The translations under genes were made by a program, and so were the position numbers. A DNA stretch of 64,000 bases from a virus: IMG/VR virus record IMGVR_UViG_3300050120_000121, positions 1-64,000 of that record, one strand, 5' to 3'. Of the stretch, positions 1 to 9,748 are shown piece after piece. Below the pieces are notes generated by a model that was not told the DNA's origin, searched no databases, and saw nothing but the letters and a program-made list of their open reading frames with translations. Within the stretch, counting starts at the first letter, position 1. Every line of letters starts with the position of its first letter.

Positions 1-30
1 CGATCAAATCACATCAGAAGAAACTGGAAT

Positions 31-270
31 TTGCCGATGTTTCTTGAACCAATGGAAAATGATCGCCCTGATATGAGTCCGCATGCCATTACAACCGTGC
101 TGGCGATTCTGTTGTGCCTCGCAATCGTGATGTTCATTTTGACGCGAGAGGAACCGGCAAAGGTCAGCGAACAAGCGGAGCCTTCCGTATCAAAATCGGA
201 TGACGACGAATGGCAGATTGTTCCGAGTCGATTTGAGAAGTCTACCGAGAAAACAATGCAGTCACCCTGA
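31..270 (+). CDS. Small single-TM membrane protein
   Basis: Hydrophobic segment TTVLAILLCLAIVMFIL followed by a charged tail; start uncertain. Confidence 0.5.
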   Translation: MPMFLEPMENDRPDMSPHAITTVLAILLCLAIVMFILTREEPAKVSEQAEPSVSKSDDDEWQIVPSRFEKSTEKTMQSP

Positions 271-443
271 ACGCCAAGGAACGGCGATAGTCCGGGACGA
301 GGACGAAGATGCCTCCCGCGCCAGTCCCGGCTATCTCTCTCGATTCTCGACACAAGAATCTGTTGTTGCTTTTCGCTACGAAGTCCATTATCTATATCGG
401 GCCGGACAAAACCGCTCGAAATGGACTTTGAGAAGGCAACAAC

Positions 444-662
444 ATGCAGATTCCGCCGAATGACTCGGTGTTTTGGATTTTTGCCAGACAGTTCGTGCTG
501 GGCGGATTTCTCGTCGGATTCGCGGCATTCGCGTACAAGAATCATATGTCGACCAGCGACGTGTTGATGATCCTCACGTCAATGGGGGGCGTCTTCGGCG
601 TTGATCTGTTCAAGCATAACGCCGCTCCTCCTGTCGACACAAAACAGCCAGACAAGGAATGA
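444..662 (+). CDS. Putative holin (2 TM segments, charged C-tail)
   Basis: 72 aa with two hydrophobic helices; overlaps the next gene (ATGA). Confidence 0.5.
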   Translation: MQIPPNDSVFWIFARQFVLGGFLVGFAAFAYKNHMSTSDVLMILTSMGGVFGVDLFKHNAAPPVDTKQPDKE

Positions 663-1093
663 CGAAAATGCTCGCCATCCTTGCTCAAGCCATTCAGTCG
701 ACGTCACAAGAGAAGATGCCTGAGAACGCAGGCCAGACGGTGATTTATATCGCCATGACCTGTATCGGGTGTTTGATCGCCATGATCTGGTTTCTTCTGC
801 GTCGGGATACTTCCACAAAGATCGTCACGATTTTTGCTGAGTCTTTAAGGGAAACCCAAAAGACTTTCAAGGAAGAGGCCGATGCCGCACGTATTGCCCA
901 TGCGATCACAATTGACAAGATATTGGCTGAAAATCGAGCGGTACATCAGGAACAAGGTCGGCTTCTGGAAAAGACGGTTAGTGAGCACGGTCGACTCTTG
1001 GAAAAGAGCGTTGATCGAATCACAAGTTCGCTGGATGACATCAAGGCTGCTCCACATCATCAAGTGCGAAAAAGGCCAACTAGCGATGGATGA
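659..1093 (+). CDS. Membrane-anchored coiled-coil protein (lysis-region type)
   Basis: One TM segment followed by an amphipathic helix with a repeated GRLLEK motif. Confidence 0.6.
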   Translation: MTKMLAILAQAIQSTSQEKMPENAGQTVIYIAMTCIGCLIAMIWFLLRRDTSTKIVTIFAESLRETQKTFKEEADAARIAHAITIDKILAENRAVHQEQGRLLEKTVSEHGRLLEKSVDRITSSLDDIKAAPHHQVRKRPTSDG

Positions 1094-1358
1094 CCGTCAA
1101 TTCCGAGAACTGATGAGCGAATTCATCTCCAATCAGTGGAGGATGTTTTGGTGTTATGTGAGCGTGGCGGCAGTTGGGGTCGTGATTCTATCCATTGTCT
1201 TCTATGCGACCACACGGAGCGATTTGCAGACAATCATGCGGGCATTGGATTCAGCCAATCGGCAAACTGCGGCGAGTAATTCCGTGCAAATACTGGCACC
1301 TCGCACTCGCGAGGACACGATTTATGACGTTCTTAAATCTCAAGGAAATGTGAAATGA
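1086..1358 (+). CDS. Single-TM hypothetical protein
   Basis: ATG 1086 overlaps the end of the upstream gene; TM segment VSVAAVGVVILSIVFY. Confidence 0.55.
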   Translation: MDDRQFRELMSEFISNQWRMFWCYVSVAAVGVVILSIVFYATTRSDLQTIMRALDSANRQTAASNSVQILAPRTREDTIYDVLKSQGNVK

Positions 1359-1591
1359 CCTGTGATGAAATCAATTCGGCGATTGCGGCACTGAACGCGG
1401 CCAATACTGTTCTCGACGCTCAGATTCTTGTTGACAACGCAGCATTAACGACAGCGATGGCAGGCTATGCTGCGGCAACGGCAGACTATGGGAATGCCGT
1501 GAACGCACTGAATGCCGATGTCAATCAGAAGGGCACAAATAACGGAATGATTGCGGAATATCAGTCGATGCTGGCAATGCAAGGTTGTTGA
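1355..1591 (+). CDS. Ala/Asn-rich coiled-coil protein
   Basis: ATGA overlap with the upstream gene, AAGGA upstream, heptad pattern. Confidence 0.6.
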   Translation: MTCDEINSAIAALNAANTVLDAQILVDNAALTTAMAGYAAATADYGNAVNALNADVNQKGTNNGMIAEYQSMLAMQGC

Positions 1592-1625
1592 CTTTCGGAT
1601 TGTTTGACGGATGGAATTGTTTTAG

Positions 1626-1658
1626 ACTCGCGATTCTGAATGAATCAGCGAGTTTTTT
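1626..1658 (+). terminator. Probable intrinsic terminator
   Basis: Imperfect stem ctcgcgattc...gaatcagcgag followed by a T-run. Confidence 0.55.
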
Positions 1659-1749
1659 CGTTATGACTCTCAGTCACGAGGCCAGACTGACGGACAGGGC
1701 GGCGGGAGTCAGTTGAAGTGAAAGTTGTGAAAGTTGTGAAGGTGCCGAG

Positions 1750-3045
1750 ATGACGACCAAATACGTGAGAACTGCGGGAGGGCTGAACAACGCGGCGGCG
1801 ACGTATTGCCTCACGTCTGGTGGTACTGAGACGACAACCGTACCAACAGCAAGCGACGATTTGATCCTTGATGCGAATAGCGGAGCGTTCACGGTTCAGA
1901 CGACATTGAGCGTCCGAAGCCTCGACGCGAACGCTTATACGAATTCGCTGACGTTGAATGCCGGTCTCGCCATCGGTACATCGACGAATCAGGCGAGCAA
2001 CATTGCATTAAGGCTTGGTGCGTCGCTGACGGTTGTTGGTCCGGTGTCTTCCGTTATCGACTTCGTCTCAACCAGCGGGACACAAAACACAATCACCACA
2101 AACGGAAATCAGCTGCGCGCGATTCAGTTCAATGGGTCGGGTGGTTCCTGGCAGCTCCAAGATAATGTAACGATCCAAGGAGTCTTTTTGTTTCAGGCAG
2201 GAACGTTGTCGACGAATTCGAAGTCAATTACGATGGCTCAATTCGCAAGTTTCGGCGGCGGGGGTCAGACATATTTCAGCCTAATCATGAACGCCGGCGG
2301 GACCTATACAATCACTGGGGCGAACACATTCGGAACACTCAATCGCACGGGGACGACGAATCCGACAGATGGCCTGAACATCCTCGCGAATCAGACGATC
2401 ACAAGCGGCCTGACGCTGGCCGGGAACTCAGTGACGAACCGACTGCTCGTAGCGAGCAACACGCCGGGGAACGCGTTCACGATCACATCGGCGGCAAACA
2501 CGATCAGTTATTGCGACTTCCGCGACATCACCGGGGCCGGGGCGGGATCATGGGACCTGCACTCGATTACCGGACTATCGGGTGACTGCGGAGGAAACTC
2601 GGGGATCACGTTCACGGCGGCGACAACGCAAACCTGGACAGGTTTGACGACGGGTGGCAATTGGTCGGACGCGTCGAAATGGACGAGCCGCGTTCCGTTG
2701 CCACAAGACCCGTGCATCCTGGGCGTGGCGTTTGTCGGTCAGCAGACGATTGTCTCTGACATGCCGCGGTCTGGTGCGTCGATTGACTGGACGGGAATGA
2801 CATTCACTGTTGGGCAACCGATCTGGTCAAAGTCGAATGCATTCACGGTCTATGGGAACGTCATCATGGCCAGCAATATGTTCAACACGGGGGCAGGAGC
2901 GATGACTGTGGAATGGCGGTCGACGGCTCGCATTGCTCCTCTGGGCGTGGCGCTGTCGAACCCGATCACGTTCACGTTCCCGCTTCAGGTGCTGAGTAAT
3001 ACCGCGATTGGATTGGCGCGAACTCAAGTCGGGAGTATCGCATGA
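1750..3045 (+). CDS. Beta-rich virion fibre/spike-like protein
   Basis: 431 aa, Thr/Gly/Ser-rich beta-helix-like strands, with a GGNWSDASKW...VP motif of adhesin/fibre type. Confidence 0.6.
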   Translation: MTTKYVRTAGGLNNAAATYCLTSGGTETTTVPTASDDLILDANSGAFTVQTTLSVRSLDANAYTNSLTLNAGLAIGTSTNQASNIALRLGASLTVVGPVSSVIDFVSTSGTQNTITTNGNQLRAIQFNGSGGSWQLQDNVTIQGVFLFQAGTLSTNSKSITMAQFASFGGGGQTYFSLIMNAGGTYTITGANTFGTLNRTGTTNPTDGLNILANQTITSGLTLAGNSVTNRLLVASNTPGNAFTITSAANTISYCDFRDITGAGAGSWDLHSITGLSGDCGGNSGITFTAATTQTWTGLTTGGNWSDASKWTSRVPLPQDPCILGVAFVGQQTIVSDMPRSGASIDWTGMTFTVGQPIWSKSNAFTVYGNVIMASNMFNTGAGAMTVEWRSTARIAPLGVALSNPITFTFPLQVLSNTAIGLARTQVGSIA

Positions 3046-6000
3046 GTTATCCACAATCGACGGCATATACCGTGTTGATGAAGCTGTTCCTCGCGGGCAC
3101 GAACACGCCAGCGACGGGAAAAACGGCAGCGGTTACGTTGAGCAAGGCCGGTGCGGCGTTTGGAAATCCGTCTGCCGGTGCGTCGAATGCGACGGAAGTT
3201 GCCAACGGGGTTTATTCCTACGCATTGAGCGTGACTGACACGGGGACCATCGGCGATTTGTGGATTCAATTCACGGCGACCGGGTGTGATGTCGGGGACC
3301 GATGTTTGCCAATCGTCAACGCGAACAATGGCGGGCTGGTGGCATTGCCAAACGCGGCCAGCGGATCGGCTGGCGGCGTGCTTGTTCAGGGCACTGGCAC
3401 GACCGGAGTGGCAGTTACGGCCGGTAAGATCAATGGGGTGTCTCTCGTTGATACACTCACGACATACACAGGCAACACTCCGCAAACAGGTGATTCATTC
3501 GGTTTGATTGGGACCGCGGGCGTCGGCCTAACAAATCTCGGCGACACGAGGATTGCCCATCTCAATGCAGACGTCTCGTCTCGAATGGCCACCTATACAC
3601 AACCGACCGGATTCCTCTCGGCGACATTCCCAACTGGTACGATCGCCAACACCACAAATATCACGTCTGCGAGCGGAATCACAGTATCGACTAACAGCGA
3701 CAAAACTGGGTATTCACTCACGCAGTCATTCCCGGCAAACTTCAGTAGCTTGGCAATCGATAGTTCGGGCCGGACAAACGCGTTCCTGATTGGAATCCTG
3801 ACGAGCGTCTTCACGGAAGGCGTGACGGGCCAGATCGCAGCGGCGTTCAAGCAGTTCTTCAACATTGCCTCGCCAACGTCGACAATGAACACAATTACCA
3901 CAGTGACGACGACGACAACGGCGACGACGGCGACAAATCTTACAAACCTTCCCGCAGTTCCCACGGATTGGCTAACGGCAGCGGGAGTGAAAGCTGACGC
4001 GGTAACGAAGATTCAATCCGGTTTATCCACCTACGCGGGCGCAGATACAGCGGGAACGACAACGCTTCTGACACGATTAACGGCGGCGATTTTGTTCGAC
4101 GGCAACGGGTTCGTGAAATCCGACGTGGAAGACTGGAAGGCAGCAACAGCGCCCGCGATGACAGGCGATTCGTTCGCATTGATCGGGACTGCTGGCGTGG
4201 GCTTGACCAATCTTGGAGATACGAGAATCGCCCATCTGAACGCGGATATCACCAGCCGCATGGCCACCTATACGCAACCGACTGGATTCTTGGCAGCGAC
4301 ATTCCCCAGTGGAACGATCGCGAACACAACAAACGTGACGGCAGGGACGATCACAACCGTGTCCGGCAATGTCAGTGGAAACGTAGTTGGATCGGTCGGC
4401 AGCGTCGTCAGTCCCGTTCAGGTGTCAAACATTGGCGAAAGTTCATCGGCATTAAATGGGATTGCGGCAGCATTCACGCAAACGACCGGCAGCGTGACAA
4501 GCGGCACATACGCGAATACGGCGACTCTCGACGGCGTGTCGCACGTGACGGCGGATTCAGCGGGAACGCTCGATGAATATTACGACTTCTCGATCGGCAC
4601 AACGGGACAGATCGGCACATCATTTCAGTTCGAAGGCTATTTGGTTGGTATCGCCAATACTCTGAAAGTGTTTGCGTACAACTGGGGAGCAACGGCATGG
4701 GATCAGATCGGCAACATTGCCGGAGTGACGACGGTTACGGATCAACTATTTGAGTTTGACGTGGTGAACTCGCACACATCAGGGACGGGCGTTGTGCGGA
4801 TTCGATTTCAGAGCACGGGGCTGACAACTGCGGCGTTGAACGCTGATCGTCTGCTGCTTGGATACACTGTTGTGCAATCGTTCCCAAGCAACTTTGCGAG
4901 CTTGGGTATTACGGCAGCGGGCAAGATCAGCGAAGTCGTGCTAGTTGATACACTGACGACATACACGTCGAACACTCCACAAGGCGGTGATTCGTTTACC
5001 TTGATTGGAACCGCAGGGGTCGGACTAACGAACTTGGGTGATACGCGGATCGCTCATCTCAATGCCGACGTGTCGAGTCGGATGGCGACATACACTCAGC
5101 CAGCAGGATTCCTAGCGGCGACATTTCCAACGACAGTTGCGAGCCCTACAAATATCACGACTGCGAGCGGAATCAGTCTTGCTGCAAGTCAGCATGTCAT
5201 TGTTGATTCTGGGACCATTACGACTCTCACGAATCTTCCAGCCATCACGACAGATTGGATTACATCTGCGGGCGTAAGTGCGGCGGCGGTAACGAAAATT
5301 CAGTCCGGTCTCTCGACATACGCTGGCGGTGCTGTGGCAAGTGTGGCGGGCAATGTTGGAGGGAATGTTGTTGGTTCGGTTGGCTCGATTTCAGGTGTGA
5401 CGTTTCCGACACATTTCAGTTCGATCGCAATCAGTGTCTCCGGTATTGTTTCAGCCGATGCTGCCACATTCGACGGAGGTACATCGTGGGTTCATACTGG
5501 CGGGAAGCCGTGGGTACTGGACGGTAGTGGCAATGCCGTGGCCCCAGCATCGGCGACGACAGCAATTGCCAGTGTTCTTCCGGCAGCGGAATTCAACAAA
5601 GCTGGTGGATTGGCTTCAATGGTGGCGTTCGACGGAACTGCGGCATCGGGTGGCACTAATACAGTCGTGCTTTCGGCAGCGCTAGGAGCAGACAATCTTG
5701 TTGCGAACAATCTGTTTAACATTATTGCCGGGCATGGAACAGGCATTTCCATGCCAATTGCTACTTACGTCGACAGCACTCAGACACTCAGCTTTCTCCA
5801 AGCATTCCCGATTACGCCGAACAATACCAGCCAATTTGTAATCACCTATGACGATACCCCCGGAACTGACGGGTCCGGTTCCGTGAGGATTCAAAATGGT
5901 GTACTGACGGGCCAAATCATCACAAGCGGCGGTCTCGCAAATGTCAATGTGACTGAGGTAAATGGCACAAATCAAACGGCGGGTGACATCTGCGGAAAGC

Positions 6001-6890
6001 TCGGTACTCCTGCCGGTGCCTCAATTGCTGCTGACATTGCCGAAATTGAAGCTGAGACTGACGGTATCGCGACAGTTCAAACCGGAGTGACGTCATTGCT
6101 TGTTGATGTTGGCCTGATTCCGACGGCACCACTCCTCGCATCGTCCTACACTGCTCCGAACAATGCGGGAATTGCAACGATCATTGCGGACATGAATAGC
6201 CTGACATCGACCGGGTCCAACAGCTTGGCAACCGTGCAAAGTCACGGTGACGGAACATGGTCGACCGCAACGGGATTTGCGACTCCGACGAACATTACAG
6301 CCGGGACAATCACGACCGTTACTGGTGTTACCGGATTGACGACATCGACAATTGCAGCCGCCGTGTGGGCATATATCCTCACTGGCTCAACGTCCGCTGG
6401 AGTGATGCTGCTGTCGGTGGGTGGCTGGATTTCGACCGCCGCAGTGAATATCCGAAACGCGGTCGGAATGGGGTCGGCGAACTTAGACACGCAACTAGCC
6501 GCCGTTCCAACAGCCGTTCAGAACCGACAGGAAATGGACAGCAATTCTACACAACTGGGAACGATCATTACTGATCTCGGAACCATCGAAACTCACGCCG
6601 CGAGCGCGGACACGAACGCCACGGCAGGGGCAGCATCCGCAGCAACAGCGGTCACTCAGACGACGGCAGCGGCAATCGGGAATGCGGTGCTCGATCAAGC
6701 GAACGCAATTGAATCGGGAATCACGCTGAGAGGTGCAACGAAAGTTGTCTTCGCTTCGCAAGCGGGTAAGACAAACGGGGCCGCAACTCCGCCCTTCAAC
6801 ATCCGCGACTATCACGATACGAAGAACGTAATTTCAGCGGTGGACGATTCAGACGGAAACAGAACTTCAACGACTGTGGACGTGTCGTAA
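3042..6890 (+). CDS. Large repetitive structural (fibre-like) protein, 1282 aa
   Basis: Three copies of GDSFxLIGTAGVGLTNLGDTRIAHLNADxxSRMATYTQPxGFLxATFP and two of TNLPAxxTDWxTxAGVxAxAVTKIQSGLSTYAG; C-terminal DSDGNRTS motif. Confidence 0.75.
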   Translation: MSYPQSTAYTVLMKLFLAGTNTPATGKTAAVTLSKAGAAFGNPSAGASNATEVANGVYSYALSVTDTGTIGDLWIQFTATGCDVGDRCLPIVNANNGGLVALPNAASGSAGGVLVQGTGTTGVAVTAGKINGVSLVDTLTTYTGNTPQTGDSFGLIGTAGVGLTNLGDTRIAHLNADVSSRMATYTQPTGFLSATFPTGTIANTTNITSASGITVSTNSDKTGYSLTQSFPANFSSLAIDSSGRTNAFLIGILTSVFTEGVTGQIAAAFKQFFNIASPTSTMNTITTVTTTTTATTATNLTNLPAVPTDWLTAAGVKADAVTKIQSGLSTYAGADTAGTTTLLTRLTAAILFDGNGFVKSDVEDWKAATAPAMTGDSFALIGTAGVGLTNLGDTRIAHLNADITSRMATYTQPTGFLAATFPSGTIANTTNVTAGTITTVSGNVSGNVVGSVGSVVSPVQVSNIGESSSALNGIAAAFTQTTGSVTSGTYANTATLDGVSHVTADSAGTLDEYYDFSIGTTGQIGTSFQFEGYLVGIANTLKVFAYNWGATAWDQIGNIAGVTTVTDQLFEFDVVNSHTSGTGVVRIRFQSTGLTTAALNADRLLLGYTVVQSFPSNFASLGITAAGKISEVVLVDTLTTYTSNTPQGGDSFTLIGTAGVGLTNLGDTRIAHLNADVSSRMATYTQPAGFLAATFPTTVASPTNITTASGISLAASQHVIVDSGTITTLTNLPAITTDWITSAGVSAAAVTKIQSGLSTYAGGAVASVAGNVGGNVVGSVGSISGVTFPTHFSSIAISVSGIVSADAATFDGGTSWVHTGGKPWVLDGSGNAVAPASATTAIASVLPAAEFNKAGGLASMVAFDGTAASGGTNTVVLSAALGADNLVANNLFNIIAGHGTGISMPIATYVDSTQTLSFLQAFPITPNNTSQFVITYDDTPGTDGSGSVRIQNGVLTGQIITSGGLANVNVTEVNGTNQTAGDICGKLGTPAGASIAADIAEIEAETDGIATVQTGVTSLLVDVGLIPTAPLLASSYTAPNNAGIATIIADMNSLTSTGSNSLATVQSHGDGTWSTATGFATPTNITAGTITTVTGVTGLTTSTIAAAVWAYILTGSTSAGVMLLSVGGWISTAAVNIRNAVGMGSANLDTQLAAVPTAVQNRQEMDSNSTQLGTIITDLGTIETHAASADTNATAGAASAATAVTQTTAAAIGNAVLDQANAIESGITLRGATKVVFASQAGKTNGAATPPFNIRDYHDTKNVISAVDDSDGNRTSTTVDVS

Positions 6891-7234
6891 TGTGGCCAGC
6901 AAGGTATTGGAATCCGCGATATTGGGCGGCTCGATACTGGGCGAAGATCGGGGAAAATCCACCGATTGGCATGGGTCCGTTTTGCATTTGTGAGATGGAA
7001 GTTCGAGCAGGTTCCGCGATTTGCCAAATAGCATCAGGCAAAACGAATATCCAGATTGCAGCAGGATCGGTAACATCACAAGTATTTGCCGGTTCAGCAG
7101 TTGTCCAAATAGCATCAGGCAAAACGAATATCCAGATTGCAGCAGGATCGGTAACATCACAAGTATTTGCCGGTTCTGCGATCTGTCAGGTTGTCGCCGG
7201 TTCAGCGGTTGTCCAAATAGAATGCGAGTGCTGA
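6890..7234 (+). CDS. Small protein with (RYW)3 N-terminus and 9-aa beta repeats
   Basis: TAATG overlap; begins MWPARYWNPRYWAARYW; QIAAGSVTS-type repeats. Confidence 0.7.
   Translation: MWPARYWNPRYWAARYWAKIGENPPIGMGPFCICEMEVRAGSAICQIASGKTNIQIAAGSVTSQVFAGSAVVQIASGKTNIQIAAGSVTSQVFAGSAICQVVAGSAVVQIECEC
7024..7176. repeat. Tandem duplication, period 81 bp (72 bp identical)
   Basis: 7024-7095 is identical to 7105-7176 (ccaaatagcatcagg...gccggttc). Confidence 0.95.
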
Positions 7235-7588
7235 ATGCCCGCCTTTTTCACTGAAAATGTCGGCACCGATATTGATGTGCTGATGAACGTGACGCTCCTC
7301 AACGGATTGCCGCTGACACAAGCGACAACCGGAAGTGTTATTAGATCATTGACGTTACCGGACGGCACGACATCGACGACGACGCTCGTGACCGCAAGCG
7401 TGGTTTTTAATGCCCCTCAGAACGATAGCGGATGGTCAACGCCGCCAGGATACAACTTCAAGGACACTTTTCGATTGACTCAGGTGGGAAGTTATTTCGC
7501 GTCCTATACGTTCCTTGACACGTCTGGAAAACAAGTCATTGACTATGCGTATGGGACTTCGAATCCACTTCCAACGGTTGGTTGCTGA
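7235..7588 (+). CDS. Small beta-sandwich-like putative structural protein
   Basis: Abuts the upstream stop; alternating beta pattern. Confidence 0.6.
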   Translation: MPAFFTENVGTDIDVLMNVTLLNGLPLTQATTGSVIRSLTLPDGTTSTTTLVTASVVFNAPQNDSGWSTPPGYNFKDTFRLTQVGSYFASYTFLDTSGKQVIDYAYGTSNPLPTVGC

Positions 7589-7694
7589 CGGTGATTTTGA
7601 AGAATCCTCAAAGGCGATTGCTAAACCGAAAATGAACGATTACGATTCGCGGCGTGATCGACCCTCTTGTGTCTCAATGGATTGGGGGTGATTC

Positions 7695-8060
7695 GTGACA
7701 GTTGGAAACGAGTTCACGCAGTGGGCTCAACAGTGGTTTCAATGGATCAAGATTAAGTTTGGCGTTGTTGATGCCGAAGAATTGGACCATGAAACTCGGA
7801 TCAAAACCTTGGAACGAAAGTTTTCTGACATGAGTATCGCCTTTGATGCCTTGAAAACAGCTTGGGAAGCCTATCAAACCGACGTGTCGGCGAAAGTCGC
7901 GACCCTGTCAGCAGCCGTCAAAAGCCTGACCGATCAAGTTGCCGCAGATTCGACCGATGCCGCATCCATTGCGACTCTGACAGCCGAAGTGACCGCCGCT
8001 CAAACCGCATTGGATACTGCCGCCAATCCTCCCGCTCCCATCGTTCCAGCCACTCCCTGA
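7695..8060 (+). CDS. Coiled-coil hypothetical protein
   Basis: Ala/Thr-rich heptads and Pro-rich C-terminus; start could be 7695 (GTG) or 7830. Confidence 0.6.
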   Translation: MTVGNEFTQWAQQWFQWIKIKFGVVDAEELDHETRIKTLERKFSDMSIAFDALKTAWEAYQTDVSAKVATLSAAVKSLTDQVAADSTDAASIATLTAEVTAAQTALDTAANPPAPIVPATP

Positions 8061-8073
8061 ATCCCGCCGAAGT

Positions 8074-8122
8074 CCCGCCAATCAACGTCGTCAATTCTTG
8101 TGATTGGCGGCGTTTCTTTTTT
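8074..8122 (+). terminator. Intrinsic terminator
   Basis: Stem ccgccaatca...tgattggcgg followed by a T-run. Confidence 0.65.
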
Positions 8123-8137
8123 GCACGGAAGCAAACC

Positions 8138-8326
8138 ATGAGCAAAACGAGTGAGAACGAACTACGAGCGGAAAACGAGCACCTGAAAGAGCGAGTGCTG
8201 AACCTCGAACGCCAATTGATCTTTCTGCGGAACAAAATGGAAATTGAAGTCTCGGCGAATAAATCCGGTCCAAAGTGGTGGTTGTCGGAACCGAACGTCA
8301 ATCAAGGAATCGCTGATGAATGCTGA
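8138..8326 (+). CDS. Small coiled-coil hypothetical protein
   Basis: Begins MSKTSENELRAENEHLK; first gene of an overlapping chain. Confidence 0.55.
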   Translation: MSKTSENELRAENEHLKERVLNLERQLIFLRNKMEIEVSANKSGPKWWLSEPNVNQGIADEC

Positions 8327-8885
8327 TGAACGGAGTCGATATTCAGCAGATATTGGTGACTGGAAAAAGCTCGATATGGATGAATTTGCCGATCCAGTTC
8401 TCGGCCAAATCTACTGGCGAACGGTCGGAAACAACATCAAAGTCAGATTGGTTTATGCGGGTACTGAAGGCGATGCCGTCATCGTTGGAGCCGCGACGAT
8501 GGATATTGAGCAGAAGCGGACATCATTTCGCACAAAAGTGAAAGAACTGGTGATCCAATTCAAGCGTGCTGGCGTTTACGGAATCATCCCCGCAGAATCG
8601 CGATACACGGCGTTGACGCTCACGAATCAGCAGCAGTTGAAGCATGAATCGAAAATGCGTGAGAGAGCGAAACGAGACGCAGCAGATCGAGCACGCCGCG
8701 AACAGATTGCAGCCGAAGAGAAAATGAAAGTTGACCAAGAGGAATCTGAACGACGGCAACGCAAATTAAAACGGCTGGCATCAATTGCGGAGAAACAGGA
8801 ATCGAAGTCAATTGGCGGTCCGAAATGGCATGAGAAGCTCTGGGAAACAGGTCCGAAACTGGCGAAAAGTATGATGGGGGAATGA
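8316..8885 (+). CDS. Hypothetical protein with charged C-terminal helix
   Basis: Overlapping start/stop chain. Confidence 0.6.
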   Translation: MNADERSRYSADIGDWKKLDMDEFADPVLGQIYWRTVGNNIKVRLVYAGTEGDAVIVGAATMDIEQKRTSFRTKVKELVIQFKRAGVYGIIPAESRYTALTLTNQQQLKHESKMRERAKRDAADRARREQIAAEEKMKVDQEESERRQRKLKRLASIAEKQESKSIGGPKWHEKLWETGPKLAKSMMGE

Positions 8886-9169
8886 CAGTGGACGGCAATG
8901 GCAGTATGGGACAACTCAGGGCGATCATCGCTCTGACGGTGCTCAAGACGCTTCACGGAAATCCGTCAGATGTGGCGATAGCCGCCGAAATGGCGAATAT
9001 CATCGCCGAAGAACAGGATGAAACCACACGTGAGTCGGCATTCGGAACTCTCGTTGAGGCGTTGTGTCCGGACCCTGGTTCATTCAATCGATTCATGGCA
9101 CGATGCGAGTTCGCGATTGGAAACGTGATGACTGAGGAAGAACTTCGAAAGTTTTGCGAGGAATCATGA
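8882..9169 (+). CDS. Hypothetical protein
   Basis: ATGA overlaps on both sides. Confidence 0.6.
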   Translation: MTVDGNGSMGQLRAIIALTVLKTLHGNPSDVAIAAEMANIIAEEQDETTRESAFGTLVEALCPDPGSFNRFMARCEFAIGNVMTEEELRKFCEES

Positions 9170-9387
9170 GAGCAATTCGACGGCATCATCAAGAGAGATT
9201 GTCGGGAAAGCGTCTCAAGAGATGGCTGCAAACTCATAGAATTGGTGACGATCCGCGAGAAATCGGCAAGTTGGCTCATTCGAACGTGCGGCCGTGGCAC
9301 AAATGCGACTGCGGACACTGCTTGAGCGTTGAGCGGGTAAAATTCCGTGAACTCATCAGCCTTGAACAGATGAAAGACTTCGAATGA
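9166..9387 (+). CDS. Basic hypothetical protein with CxCxxC
   Basis: ATGA overlaps; HKCDCGHC. Confidence 0.55.
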   Translation: MRAIRRHHQERLSGKRLKRWLQTHRIGDDPREIGKLAHSNVRPWHKCDCGHCLSVERVKFRELISLEQMKDFE

Positions 9388-9611
9388 ATCTCACTCAATG
9401 GCTTATCGCATGTGCGTTTGTATCGTGGGTCAGTTTTCGATTCGGTGCGATCTATGGATTGTCAATCGCAAATCGAATGGTGGAAGAGAACAACAAAAAG
9501 CAGTCAAAATACTGGGATGAAATCAACGTCGATTTCGACAAACTCACAGAAATGCGTCGAGAATGCGACCGAATCCGATTCGAGAATCAAACCCGTGCGA
9601 ATGCAAACTGA
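9384..9611 (+). CDS. Single-TM hypothetical protein
   Basis: N-terminal hydrophobic helix. Confidence 0.55.
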   Translation: MNLTQWLIACAFVSWVSFRFGAIYGLSIANRMVEENNKKQSKYWDEINVDFDKLTEMRRECDRIRFENQTRANAN

Positions 9612-9748
9612 ACAAACCCGACTTGACGTAAACAACCAATCAGCGATATCGTCAGCATCCGAACACAGCAATGTATTCAACTCCAATCACAGCAATGTGA
9701 AAGGAATCAGTCTCAACTGAAAACTGAAAAGTGAAAGACAACACTCCA

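Noticed and set aside
3447-7176. Repeats as a diversity-generating retroelement template/variable pair
   Set aside because: No reverse transcriptase in the window; differences between copies look mostly synonymous rather than adenine-specific
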